From Candidatus Dojkabacteria bacterium (GTDB lineage Bacteria; Patescibacteriota; Dojkabacteria; SC72; JAFGCJ01): 64,000 nucleotides of DNA. This document shows, piece after piece, positions 38,717 to 48,001 of the stretch (its first letter is position 1; the number at the start of each line of letters is the position of its first letter). Under the pieces are notes generated by a model that did not search any database, was not told the origin of the DNA, and saw only the letters and a program-made list of their open reading frames with translations. The DNA is taken from the NCBI GenBank assembly GCA_016932785.1, contig JAFGCJ010000002.1:13983-77982 (forward strand), read 5' to 3'. The translations under genes and the position numbers were made by a program.

Positions 38717-39034
38717 ATGCCCAAGACAAAATTAGGTAACTGGTCGATCGGACTTATAATCGCAATGCCCTTTTTGTTTCTTCTCGGCCGATTTTTTATA
38801 GATTTGTTTTACGAGTCGGTATCATCTGGAGATACTATTCTTGAGGATATTGCTAAGAGGCCCGCTTTGGGACTTTCGATGCTTGCTGGAATGGGTTCTG
38901 GAGTCTCAGCCTTTGTTACTGGGCTGATAGCGATCATAAAACAGAAGGAACGGGCGTTACTGGTCTTTGTGTCAACTGTGTTAGGTGCATTGGTGGTTTT
39001 ATTTCTCATAGCTGAAATAGTATATCCACACTGA
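38717..39034 (+). CDS. Small integral membrane protein
   Basis: Three hydrophobic helices in 105 aa. Confidence 0.35.
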   Translation: MPKTKLGNWSIGLIIAMPFLFLLGRFFIDLFYESVSSGDTILEDIAKRPALGLSMLAGMGSGVSAFVTGLIAIIKQKERALLVFVSTVLGALVVLFLIAEIVYPH

Positions 39035-39366
39035 TAGATCGCTACTAATAAATCGCCGGGAATTTATTCTGAAGTAGGTTTCACTTTTCGGCAGTGTAGA
39101 TGCAGTATTTGAACAGACCTCTTAGGGCTAAATTGTAGTACTCTACTCCATTGGTCACGTTGACGAAATACTTTATCAATCTGAGAAAGTTTACATTTTT
39201 GAATTGCATCTCGACGTGTTTGTGCAATCTAATGAATGATTTTGCTGCATTATACCTGATGTCTTACTCCTGAATATTTTTGTATCCAAATTGCATTGTT
39301 TGGACTATGTTGCATAAACAGTCGGGCCTATAGTGTAATCACCATTAAGAGCTGTGGTCATTAAAT

Positions 39367-39405
39367 AGCAACATTTGCTTTTAGCGAAGTGTTGCTTTTT
39401 GACTG
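39367..39405 (+). terminator. Candidate Rho-independent terminator / orphan hairpin in a 500 bp non-coding region
   Basis: AGCAACA-(16 nt)-TGTTGCT followed by TTTTT. Confidence 0.25.
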
Positions 39406-39567
39406 CTCTTTTACAATCAAAGGACAGTATGCTCTTCCTGATATTGAAATAATGGCCGTATTAAGTGGATATTTTTAATGTCTTCTTATATCGGTCATTA
39501 ATCGATTCAGAAGGAGGTGATGCGAAAAGAAAAGTTTTGTGGATGTTTTTGGGGTTACTAGAAGAAA

Positions 39568-40104
39568 GTGGAGGAAAAAGCTATGAAGAAATTGAAAATT
39601 GCGGGTTTGTTTTTTTTGATCCTTGCCGTGGCACTGGCATGTGCGCCTACCGGCGGTGGAGCAGAAGTTCCACCTACCGAGACGCCTGCACCGACTTTGT
39701 CTCCCACTCAGGCTCCGACATTGGGGCCACCTGCGCCCACAAAGGGGCCAGAGATTCAGACTCAGGAGGCAGAGAAACCGGTCGAGACCCCAGAAATTCC
39801 AGGCTATATGCAGACAATAGAGGCTGGGCATGATTTCATAATAAGCCGTAAGTGTCCTCCAGGCAGCGATTCAACTGCCATAGAGCTGTATATCAACTTG
39901 GACGGGTCTGGTCCCAAAGGGGCCAGTATCCGTGGGGTTGATGGTCTCCTCCAAGAAGGAGATGAGATCATCCGTGTCGTTAAATGTAACGATGAGGGAG
40001 AGGGGGTTCCATACCGATTCGGAATGATAATCGAAATTCGGTACAACTCCGTGGACGTCTGGGTATATACTCCCCCTCTACCTGTTCAAGGTTCAGACCT
40101 GTAA
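39568..40104 (+). CDS. Lipoprotein (lipobox LAC), GC-rich (about 55%)
   Basis: MKKLKIAGLFFLILAVALACAPTGG gives a signal peptidase II lipobox. P/T-rich linker followed by a globular domain. Confidence 0.5.
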   Translation: MEEKAMKKLKIAGLFFLILAVALACAPTGGGAEVPPTETPAPTLSPTQAPTLGPPAPTKGPEIQTQEAEKPVETPEIPGYMQTIEAGHDFIISRKCPPGSDSTAIELYINLDGSGPKGASIRGVDGLLQEGDEIIRVVKCNDEGEGVPYRFGMIIEIRYNSVDVWVYTPPLPVQGSDL

Positions 40105-40372
40105 ATCAGTATGTAAACCATTGGAAGTCGATCCCAAAACTTTCCCGCCTAGAGCGGATGAATTTGTCGCACTGTCCTTTGGTTTACTAAATCAATCGAA
40201 ATTTTGAGTTTTCTCAGGCCTTTTCCTGTTTCTATCAATTTCTGGAACTCCTCAGTAACATTTTCCTTTTCAAAAAAACTTCAGAGTTACATGCAAAATT
40301 ATAAGTACACTCTTCCCTGTGGTATTTGTGATATTACTTCAGCTATAATAGAGCATAAGTTATCCGGGAAGA

Positions 40373-41779
40373 TTGATTTCAAAAATGCAAGACTTGAAAG
40401 ATAAAATTGCAGACTTTTTAGAGAACGTTCCAATTTCGACAGAGCAGCCAGTTTCTTCTTCATCAATAGGCAAGGATTTGAAAGGTGAGACACTCCATTC
40501 TGTGATTGTCTTTTTACAGTTATTTAACTGTGTAGAAATTAAATCCAAAGGAAAGAAAGCGGGAGAATGGAAAGTTAAGTCGGTATCGCCTACCGCCGAT
40601 TATTTTCTCAGAAGTCTTGCGAGATACATCAGAAAAGAAAATTCCTTGATCAGCTCGTGGGCCAAACTTGGGACAACAGACGAGAAGGGTTCAATATTTG
40701 ATTGGGGGACCAAATATCTTGCTGAAATGGAGAAGCGGCGGACAGTGAAATTTAGTGATAAGTATCCAACGAGGCTGGTTTCAGTTTCACAAGCTATTAT
40801 AAAGGCCCGTGTAAAAGGATATGAGGAACCTCTTTTTCTTGTCCAGCTTGATGAAAAGATAGATCAGTACCAGTTCATTGGAGGCAGGAAAATTGGTTCT
40901 GATAAGGATCTTAAGGCAACTATTGAGAGGGAACTAAGTGAGGAGTTGTATAAGAATGACATGGTAAAAAAACATAATTACACGCTGGAACCTTTAGCTG
41001 AGAATATGAGGCATTATGAGATTTCTCCGACATTCGGAGCCTTTACTGAATATACCTTTTCTATCTATCAGATCATGTTTGCTGAGGAGGATATCAAGCT
41101 TGGCGGAGGAGACATATGGGTCTCTGCAAAAGAATTAGAAGCGGAGCAATCTTATGACGGAAAGCATATTAGGTTAACCTTCGAGCCGGAGAAAGTTATA
41201 GGAAAGACATATGATGAACTCCCCTTGTCCACTGTTCGGGTACAGCCGGAGTTTGCTAGAAAAAAGGCTGCCTCAAAAGATTCCACAGCGAGTGCCCAGA
41301 AGATACAGGATCTTATTTCTGAAGGTGAAAGTACTAATCTTGAATTTAAGGCTACAATTAGGTGGGATAAGAGGAGAAATCAGGTCAACAAAGATTTAGA
41401 GAAGGTTGTTGTCAAAGAAATATCGGCTTTTCTAAATTCCAAAGGAGGAACTCTTTTAATAGGTGTTGACGATGATGGGACTGTAATCGGATTAGGTGAT
41501 GATATCAAGACCCTGCGAAAACAGAATCTGGATGGTTATATGCAGGCTGTAGTTAGTCTTATTTCGGATAACATAGGTGTTCAATATTGCTCTAATGTGG
41601 ACGTTTCTTTTGAAAAAATAAATGGTGACGACATTTGCGTTCTTTCTATACGTAAAGCCTCGGGACCTGTGTTTGTGAAGAATAATGATAAAAAAGAGTT
41701 CTATGTTAGAAGGTCAAATACCTCTAGGCTTCTCGATAGTGAGGAAACTTATAACTATATCCTGCATACTTGGGGCTAG
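40373..41779 (+). CDS. Fusion protein: N-terminal region with degenerate Nudix-like box plus C-terminal AlbA_2 (Schlafen-box-like) putative DNA-binding domain
   Basis: C-terminus ESTNLEFKATIRW...VVKEISAFLNSKGGTLLIGVDDDGTVIGL matches the AlbA_2 signature (E..LEFK ... AFaNt.GG.lliGV.d.G.i.Gl). Mid-region YQFIGGRKIGSDKDLKATIERELSEELY resembles the Nudix box (GG...REL.EE) with the catalytic Glu positions substituted. Confidence 0.5.
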   Translation: MISKMQDLKDKIADFLENVPISTEQPVSSSSIGKDLKGETLHSVIVFLQLFNCVEIKSKGKKAGEWKVKSVSPTADYFLRSLARYIRKENSLISSWAKLGTTDEKGSIFDWGTKYLAEMEKRRTVKFSDKYPTRLVSVSQAIIKARVKGYEEPLFLVQLDEKIDQYQFIGGRKIGSDKDLKATIERELSEELYKNDMVKKHNYTLEPLAENMRHYEISPTFGAFTEYTFSIYQIMFAEEDIKLGGGDIWVSAKELEAEQSYDGKHIRLTFEPEKVIGKTYDELPLSTVRVQPEFARKKAASKDSTASAQKIQDLISEGESTNLEFKATIRWDKRRNQVNKDLEKVVVKEISAFLNSKGGTLLIGVDDDGTVIGLGDDIKTLRKQNLDGYMQAVVSLISDNIGVQYCSNVDVSFEKINGDDICVLSIRKASGPVFVKNNDKKEFYVRRSNTSRLLDSEETYNYILHTWG

Positions 41780-41821
41780 GTCTTTACTGCAAGTTCTAAG
41801 TATCCTATAATGGTTAATTAA

Positions 41822-42349
41822 ATGATATCAGGAAATGCTTCAAAACCAAAATTAAGAATACTTATTGTTGATGATGATAAGGGCTGGAGAGAAATTCTTT
41901 CTGATGTAGTCAGTAGAAAATTTTTAGAGTCAGAGTCCGCTGATAAGTACGAACTTGAATTAGTAGTCATCGAGCCTGGTGAAGGCGAAGGTAAACATAT
42001 GGAAGGACGAAAATATATAGAAAGAGCTAGAGATGTTTTGCGTGCAGGCGGTATTCATGGTGCTCTTATTGACTGGAATGTGGGTGATCAAGGAGATATC
42101 TTTATTCCTAAAGAAGATAAGGTCTATACTGGAGAGTTATTGAAGGAGGTTTATGGTATGCGTATCCCTTTGATAGCTGTAACCGGGAGTGGTAAATCGT
42201 TTACTAATTTTGAGGCTCAGTTAATGGAGCAAGGTATAGGACTTGATTCAATAAGAAAGAATACTGTTAGTACATCGGATCCTATTTTCCAGCAATTTAT
42301 TGAGGGAGCCATTTCGCTTTGTGATCAAGAGCTTAAGGGGGGGTATTGA
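41822..42349 (+). CDS. Stand-alone CheY-like receiver (REC) domain protein
   Basis: LRILIVDDDKGWREIL...HGALIDWNVGD...LIAVTGSGK: receiver-fold acidic pocket and phospho-acceptor Asp candidate (LIDW). No output domain. Confidence 0.45.
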   Translation: MISGNASKPKLRILIVDDDKGWREILSDVVSRKFLESESADKYELELVVIEPGEGEGKHMEGRKYIERARDVLRAGGIHGALIDWNVGDQGDIFIPKEDKVYTGELLKEVYGMRIPLIAVTGSGKSFTNFEAQLMEQGIGLDSIRKNTVSTSDPIFQQFIEGAISLCDQELKGGY

Positions 42350-42435
42350 AGGATCCGTTTCAAGTATTGAGAGTTAGTACTGCTCTTGAAGTTTTGTCTT
42401 AGAAGAAGTTCGAAATTTTTTGCCTGATTAGATTC

Positions 42436-42816
42436 TTATTCTTTATTTTTAAATTCCAGGGCTAAGGAGTTTATGCAATATCGGTGTCCTGTCGGCTCTG
42501 GGCCGTCGTCGAATTTGTGACCGAGGTGAGCTCCGCATTTTGAGCAGGTTACTTCTGTTCTATTCATGCTGTAGGAAGTGTCGGGCTGTTCTGTTACGGT
42601 GGCATTGTTTATTGGCTGAAAGAAACTTGGCCATCCGGATTTAGAGTCGTATTTGGCCTCAGACGAAAAAAGTTGCTGACCGCAGTTTACACAGCTATAT
42701 GTCCCCTTTTGGAAATTTTTATAATATTTTCCGCTTCCTGGTGGTTCAGTTCCTTTCAGAAAACAAATGTTGTACTGTTCGTCAGTTAGTTTGGGATTTG
42801 TCTTTCTCAGCAGAAT
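42436..42816 (-). CDS. msrB: Peptide methionine sulfoxide reductase MsrB (not in the ORF track; no canonical start codon)
   Basis: Manual minus-strand translation: ...LTDEQYNICFLKGTEPPGSGKYYKNFQKGTYSCVNCGQQLFSSEAKYDSKSGWPSFFQPINNATVTEQPDTSYSMNRTEVTCSKCGAHLGHKFDDGPEPTGHRYCINSLALEFKNKE*. Contains the CxxC...CxxC zinc motif, GWPSF, HLGH and RYCINS. The only in-frame ATG gives ~50 aa. Upstream to the in-frame stop there are only ATT/CTG/ATA codons. Confidence 0.6.
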   Translation of the reverse strand: MLLRKTNPKLTDEQYNICFLKGTEPPGSGKYYKNFQKGTYSCVNCGQQLFSSEAKYDSKSGWPSFFQPINNATVTEQPDTSYSMNRTEVTCSKCGAHLGHKFDDGPEPTGHRYCINSLALEFKNKE

Positions 42817-42961
42817 TGCTTGAAAAGTTATTTACCAATATTATTTGTTCATTTGTTGGGGGGTTATTGAATTCTTTCTTGTCCATAGTTACCGGATAGT
42901 AAGATGATTTTATCTATTGTAGAACTTTTATAAAAATAATTGAAGGATCTGTGCAGTAATA

Positions 42962-43771
42962 ATGATTGGTTCTGCTATAATCGATTCTGTGCAAAAAAAG
43001 AAGCTATCATACAAAACTGATGACGACATAGATCTAGTTGGAATTCTAACCAGGCCACCTACCCCTTCTTCTGAAAAGGGTTGTGTGATCATGTGTCATG
43101 GAATCACTGTCGACAAGGATGAAGGAGGCACTTTTGTTGGATTATCAAAAAGTCTATATGAGAATGACTTCTCTTCTTTTCGTTTCGATTATCGTGGACA
43201 CGGAGAAAGTGGTGGTAAGCCTGCGGAGATGACTATTACTGGGGAACACAGAGATCTTCAGGCTACAATCAGATTAGTTAGAGAATTGGGGTATCGGAAG
43301 CTATTTTTGCTTGGTGCGAGTTTCGCTTGCGGATCGGTGGCTTTGGAGCTTTCACAAAACGAGGATGATTTTGAGGCAGTTGTGTTGTGGAATCCTGTTG
43401 TGGATTATGAAAGCCTGCTTGAACCTAGATTACCTTGGTCAAAAAAATATTTCGGTCCTGTTGCTGAAAAGAGGGCCAAAGAAAAGGGATACACAAAGGT
43501 CGGCAGTCACGAATTTCCTGTAGGATATAAGCTCTTCAAAGAGATGAGAGAAATTAATCTGTGCGGTCTACTTTCAAGGGTAAGACTTCCGATTCTTTTT
43601 ATTCATGGGGATTGCGATACATATATTCCATATGAAGATACCAAAAAGTGTTCCGAGCTTGTTGAGAATGGCGAGTTATATATAGCTCAAGGTTCAGAAC
43701 ATGGATTTCACGATGAGAATATTCTGGCTGTAGTGATCAAAAAGACTGTGGGTTTCTTTGATATATCCTAG
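42962..43771 (+). CDS. Alpha/beta-hydrolase fold protein (dienelactone hydrolase / BAAT-like)
   Basis: Nucleophile elbow LLGASFACG (GxSxG). C-terminal D...H pair (HGDCDTY...EHGFHDE). Confidence 0.6.
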   Translation: MIGSAIIDSVQKKKLSYKTDDDIDLVGILTRPPTPSSEKGCVIMCHGITVDKDEGGTFVGLSKSLYENDFSSFRFDYRGHGESGGKPAEMTITGEHRDLQATIRLVRELGYRKLFLLGASFACGSVALELSQNEDDFEAVVLWNPVVDYESLLEPRLPWSKKYFGPVAEKRAKEKGYTKVGSHEFPVGYKLFKEMREINLCGLLSRVRLPILFIHGDCDTYIPYEDTKKCSELVENGELYIAQGSEHGFHDENILAVVIKKTVGFFDIS

Positions 43772-44348
43772 ATCTGGAAGTCTGAGAACTTATGCTTTTG
43801 TGTGTTTCAATCTTACCTCTTTATGTTATTATGGATTTAACGTGAGAAGAATTTTAGACCGAAAACTAGGAATGCTACGCAATGCAATATTCGGAGTACA
43901 AGATAGTCTTGGTTCGACTTGTGGTTTTTTGTCTGGTGTGGCAGTGAGTGGTGCAGAGAAGAGATATATCCTGGTTTCAGGAGTGGTTCTGATATTCGTT
44001 GAGGCTTTTTCTATGGCTGTTGGCACATTGATTTCTGAGCACTCGATTGAAGAATTTAATGAGAAAAAAAGCTTGAATATTTTTAGATCGATTAGAAACT
44101 CAGGTGTGATGTTTTTTTCGTATTTTGTTGCAGGGTTTATACCGCTTGTACCCTATTTGATTTTTGATGAGAGGATACGACTTTATATTTCTATAGTATT
44201 CTCTGTTTTGGTGTTGGTGTTATTGGCCATTGTTAATTCAAAACTTCTCGGGTTGAAGGTTGTCCATCATTTGATTGAAATTGTAGTTGTAGGATCGATA
44301 GCAATAGTTGCAGGAGTGATTATTGGGGGACTTGTTTCGGTTGGGTGA
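43758..44348 (+). CDS. VIT1/CCC1-family (vacuolar iron transporter-like) membrane protein
   Basis: FGVQDSLGSTCGFLSGVAVSGA...FVEAFSMAVGTLISE matches VIT-family helices. The probable true start is the Met at about 43873. Confidence 0.5.
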   Translation: MIYPRSGSLRTYAFVCFNLTSLCYYGFNVRRILDRKLGMLRNAIFGVQDSLGSTCGFLSGVAVSGAEKRYILVSGVVLIFVEAFSMAVGTLISEHSIEEFNEKKSLNIFRSIRNSGVMFFSYFVAGFIPLVPYLIFDERIRLYISIVFSVLVLVLLAIVNSKLLGLKVVHHLIEIVVVGSIAIVAGVIIGGLVSVG

Positions 44349-44585
44349 TTGTTTACTTCGAAACCTCTAGAATGTCCAATTGTTAAGAGAAATTCTTAAT
44401 AATGTAGTCAGGTTTATGCCCTTTTTTCTTTGTAAGCCTTTTTCCATCAGGATTAAACCAGGCTGTGTCTATCCCTACTTTCTGAATTTCAATATTTATA
44501 GTCTATCTTTTGGTCTGATTCAAATGTATTTTTAACCTTTTTAAGTGATTGACTTATATTGAGCTAAAATACTACACTTTAAGCT

Positions 44586-45266
44586 ATGGATTCAATTAAG
44601 GAAGCCGAGAAAAAATTAGCAGGAAGAAAGGCACCGGAATTTTTGAAAAATGGTATGGTCGTTGGATTAGGTTCAGGCAGTACCGTTCCCTACGCAATCG
44701 AACGGATAGCGGAGCTGGTCTCTCAGGGTTTACAGATAACGATGGTCTCGACTTCGAACAAGACTAGTGCCTTGGCAAAAAAGTGCAAACTTGAGATCTC
44801 CGGTATCGACTCTATAGATAGAATCGATGTGACAATCGATGGAGCCGACGAAGTAGATCCTAACATGCGAGGGATAAAAGGAGGAAAAGGTGCGCTTCTT
44901 TTTGAGAAAATTGTTGCCTCTATTTCGGATAAAAACATCTGGATTGTGGACTCAAGTAAACTTGTTGAAAAATTAGGTAAGTTTCCTTTATCGGTTGAGG
45001 TTGTTCCATTTGGTCTAAAGACTGTATTGGCAGAATTCCAAAGAAGAGGTTTTAAATCTGAGATTAGGGTACGTGAAGGAGAAAAATACTTGACTGATAG
45101 CGGGAATTATATTGTTGATCTTCATCTTGGCTCGATCGAAAATCCAGAAGAACTTGATGTGGAACTGAATATGATTCCAGGGGTTGTCGAGAATGGGTTG
45201 TTTGTTGGCTATGCTGATATGGTGATTGTTGGAAGGGGTAAGGAAACAGAGATTACTAGTCGCTAG
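44586..45266 (+). CDS. rpiA: Ribose-5-phosphate isomerase A
   Basis: GMVVGLGSGSTVPYAIERIAEL...IDGADEVDPNMRGIKGGKGALLFEKIVA (RpiA active-site blocks). Confidence 0.8.
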   Translation: MDSIKEAEKKLAGRKAPEFLKNGMVVGLGSGSTVPYAIERIAELVSQGLQITMVSTSNKTSALAKKCKLEISGIDSIDRIDVTIDGADEVDPNMRGIKGGKGALLFEKIVASISDKNIWIVDSSKLVEKLGKFPLSVEVVPFGLKTVLAEFQRRGFKSEIRVREGEKYLTDSGNYIVDLHLGSIENPEELDVELNMIPGVVENGLFVGYADMVIVGRGKETEITSR

Positions 45267-45320
45267 TGGCTGGATGTTTCTGTAGATCAATATTTTGATT
45301 AATGACTTCCAGTCTGATTC

Positions 45321-45959
45321 CTAGATCCTTCCGCCGCATTCCGGACAAAACTTCGTATCAGCTTCAATCTCTTTTCCACACTTGGGGCACTTAATAGTCG
45401 AAGACAATTTCTCACCACATTCTCCGCAGAATTTCGCGTGAGCCTCTATTGTTGCACCGCATTTGGGACAAGTCGCTACTTTAGCGTCGTCCCAGTCTTT
45501 TTCTGATAGATGTTTGTCTTTTTTTGCCATTCTTGCGTGTGCGAATGCCTCTTCCTTTGAATGTTGCGCTTGGGCGGCAGCCATCTCCTCCCCTAGTTCG
45601 GGTGCGCATTGTTTGCATAAACCCCTGTCCTCATTCCAGCAGACTTCTTTGCAAACCCACGTCCCACATCTTTTACACTGTGCAAATTTAGGACTTATTT
45701 CTTGTACAGCCTTCTTGAGTGCCTTGTCGTGCTGGGGTCCTGCGGCCATCCTGTGAATATCGTCTGATGTTGATGCTAAGTTTGAAGCTGTTCCACCAAG
45801 GAAACCTCCTACTATACCTAGTGCACCAGAGACCACACCTGTTGCCGATTTTTGAAATGTACTCATATAACCATTTCCGCACCTTTCACATATGAATTTG
45901 AATTGATAGCCTTTGTCGGTGGATAGGTCTTGGTAGTTATCTGTAAAGGGAATGTCCAT
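45321..45959 (-). CDS. Multi-zinc-ribbon protein
   Basis: Six or more CxxC pairs (CERCG; CKRCG...CKQC; CPKCG...CGECG; CPKCG...CPECG). Central hydrophobic/Gly-rich segment. Confidence 0.45.
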   Translation of the reverse strand: MDIPFTDNYQDLSTDKGYQFKFICERCGNGYMSTFQKSATGVVSGALGIVGGFLGGTASNLASTSDDIHRMAAGPQHDKALKKAVQEISPKFAQCKRCGTWVCKEVCWNEDRGLCKQCAPELGEEMAAAQAQHSKEEAFAHARMAKKDKHLSEKDWDDAKVATCPKCGATIEAHAKFCGECGEKLSSTIKCPKCGKEIEADTKFCPECGGRI

Positions 45960-46145
45960 TTTTCTAAGGGTAAAAACTTATCTAGCTCTTCGAAGAACTT
46001 AATTATTTATAGAATCGGCTAGTACAAAATATTTTATGTCATATGGCTCACTTCATCAATGGTCTGTTTTTTAATATTGTTCACACAATCTTCACAGGTT
46101 ATATGTTTTATTCATTGTTTGATCTCGTAAGGTGAATGTATTATT

Positions 46146-46835
46146 ATGAGTTTTATTATGAAGTGGAGATTTCTAACAATATTGACGGTTGCCATTGCTG
46201 GTCTCATTGCCCTTCCTGTGGCTGCTTTGGCATGGGACGACTGTCCTCATGGTGAGGTGAATGATGAGTATCCAGGTGACTGTCCAAGGTATGTAGATAC
46301 TGATGGTGATGGGATCTGTGATAGGAGCCAACCTGCTCCCGAGGACAGAGTTACTGAAGAGGAGACCTATGGGCAAGATATTGAAAGCACAACGGAGATT
46401 ATTGCGAGGCGAAATACAGATTCCAGTAATAATGAAACCTCCGATAGTTCTGCTGATTCTGGAAATAGCTCCTCGAGTAAGGGAAAAAAGTCTTCTCACT
46501 ATAATTTTGTAGTTCCCTTTTTTACGTCCTTGGTACTCTATCTGATTTCTTGGTATCTTGCTAAGAGTAAGAAAATTGAAAGATATATCATGCCTATTCA
46601 CAATGGGATTTGGAATACGGTTCTACTTGTCTCTCTCATTCCGTCGGTAGCATTTGGTTTTTATTTAGTGCTCCGATATGCCTTCCCTGAGATAAGGATC
46701 AGCTACTTTGATTTTCTGTATTGGCATGTGGAAGGTTCCATTGTCATGGGGACCGTGGCTATTATGCACCTCATTCAAAGGCTTACTACCTATATAGGAC
46801 AGTTAAAACTAGCTGGAAGACTGCTAGGAAAATAA
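46146..46835 (+). CDS. Secreted/membrane protein with Cys/Asp-rich metal-binding-like N-domain and C-terminal TM helices
   Basis: Signal peptide. DCPHGEVNDEYPGDCPRYVDTDGDGICD. S/N-rich linker. Three or four C-terminal TM segments. Confidence 0.35.
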   Translation: MSFIMKWRFLTILTVAIAGLIALPVAALAWDDCPHGEVNDEYPGDCPRYVDTDGDGICDRSQPAPEDRVTEEETYGQDIESTTEIIARRNTDSSNNETSDSSADSGNSSSSKGKKSSHYNFVVPFFTSLVLYLISWYLAKSKKIERYIMPIHNGIWNTVLLVSLIPSVAFGFYLVLRYAFPEIRISYFDFLYWHVEGSIVMGTVAIMHLIQRLTTYIGQLKLAGRLLGK

Positions 46836-46879
46836 GCATATCCTGTAAATTTGGCTGGAGATTTCTATCAAAGGTTTCT

Positions 46880-47137
46880 CTATGAGCCAGCCTCCTTTTC
46901 CATTTTGTCGAGTCTATCATAGTAATCTGGAAGTTCTTTAAGGTGTGCAAGTGCTATTTTACCTGTCATTATAAGATCGTCATTTGTTACATTTGTCTCA
47001 GGATCATGACTTCCGTGCTCAAGTTCGACGTTCATTCCCATGAGGAATTGTTGAAGATCGAATTTATCGAATGTAATGCCTAGCTGCTCTGCGACACTGG
47101 CGGCTTCTTCCTCGGTGATCTGTTTTGTGACGCTCAT
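46880..47137 (-). CDS. Small conserved hypothetical protein (DUF5661-like)
   Basis: GMNVELEHGSHDPETNVTNDD...KIALAHLKELPDYYDRL. Recalled only from memory as a family common in phages and small genomes. Confidence 0.3.
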   Translation of the reverse strand: MSVTKQITEEEAASVAEQLGITFDKFDLQQFLMGMNVELEHGSHDPETNVTNDDLIMTGKIALAHLKELPDYYDRLDKMEKEAGS

Positions 47138-47322
47138 CTTTATGATTGAATGAATTTATATAACTACATGATAACACTTATACTGGAGTTTTTGGTGAAG
47201 ATCTTATTGATTGGAACGGGAGGTAATTAAAACAAATACGGAGTTTGCCTCAAACAAAAACTTATGAGATTGTGCTATGATGAAATATCCTATCAATACT
47301 TAATTTTTAATTTCATTAATAA

Positions 47323-47886
47323 ATGAGTAAAAATAAGAAGACACTACTGGTTGTTTTGGTTACGGTGGCTCTTCTTCTAGGGGGAGCTATGCTTATGGTT
47401 CAGCAGGCGGATGCCGCGGTACCAGGAGACTTTCTGTATGGGGTTGACCGGGCATATGAGAGTTTTCAGCGAGGTATAAGGTTCTCCGATGAGGCAAAAG
47501 CAGATTTTGAGCTTGAGCTTCTATCTGAGCGGATGTCTGAGCTCGATGAGGTTAGTAAAAATGATGAAGATCTTGTCGATGAAGCTGTTGAAAATCTTGA
47601 TGATCAGCGTGTAAGGACCGAGGAATGTGTTCGCGAAATGGAGGATAATGAAAATTCTGATGAGGGAGAACTCGAGCGTATTAGAAATAGATATGAAGAA
47701 GAGGTTCAGGATCAGTATGAGAATATGGAACAGGTACAGGAAAAGGTTCAGAATAACGGTGATGAAAGCCAGATAGAAACAGTTAATAAGGTTATGGAGA
47801 ACTATAAGAAGGAAGTCGATAGTTTTGGGAATGGTTCTCAGAATAAGCAGAATGATAATGGTAAGGGTAATTCTGGTAGTGATTAG
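47323..47886 (+). CDS. Secreted acidic coiled-coil protein
   Basis: Signal peptide (LLVVLVTVALLLGGAMLMVQQADA) then an E/D-rich helical region. Confidence 0.35.
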   Translation: MSKNKKTLLVVLVTVALLLGGAMLMVQQADAAVPGDFLYGVDRAYESFQRGIRFSDEAKADFELELLSERMSELDEVSKNDEDLVDEAVENLDDQRVRTEECVREMEDNENSDEGELERIRNRYEEEVQDQYENMEQVQEKVQNNGDESQIETVNKVMENYKKEVDSFGNGSQNKQNDNGKGNSGSD

Positions 47887-48001
47887 TGTGACTGGTTTTT
47901 ACAATAAGAGCAGGTGATCTATGTTGTAGGTCTCAGTTTTTTGATATGTTTGACTTCATGATATATCTAGGTGGGTTAAGATATTCGTAGTAATCTTTTA
48001 G

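Noticed and set aside
39465-39833. Overlapping ORFs on both strands (39465-39833 plus, 39475-39831 minus, 39623-39820 plus)
   Set aside because: High local GC suppresses stop codons. The lipoprotein frame (39568-40104) has a coherent signal peptide and lipobox, while the others are R/P-rich nonsense.
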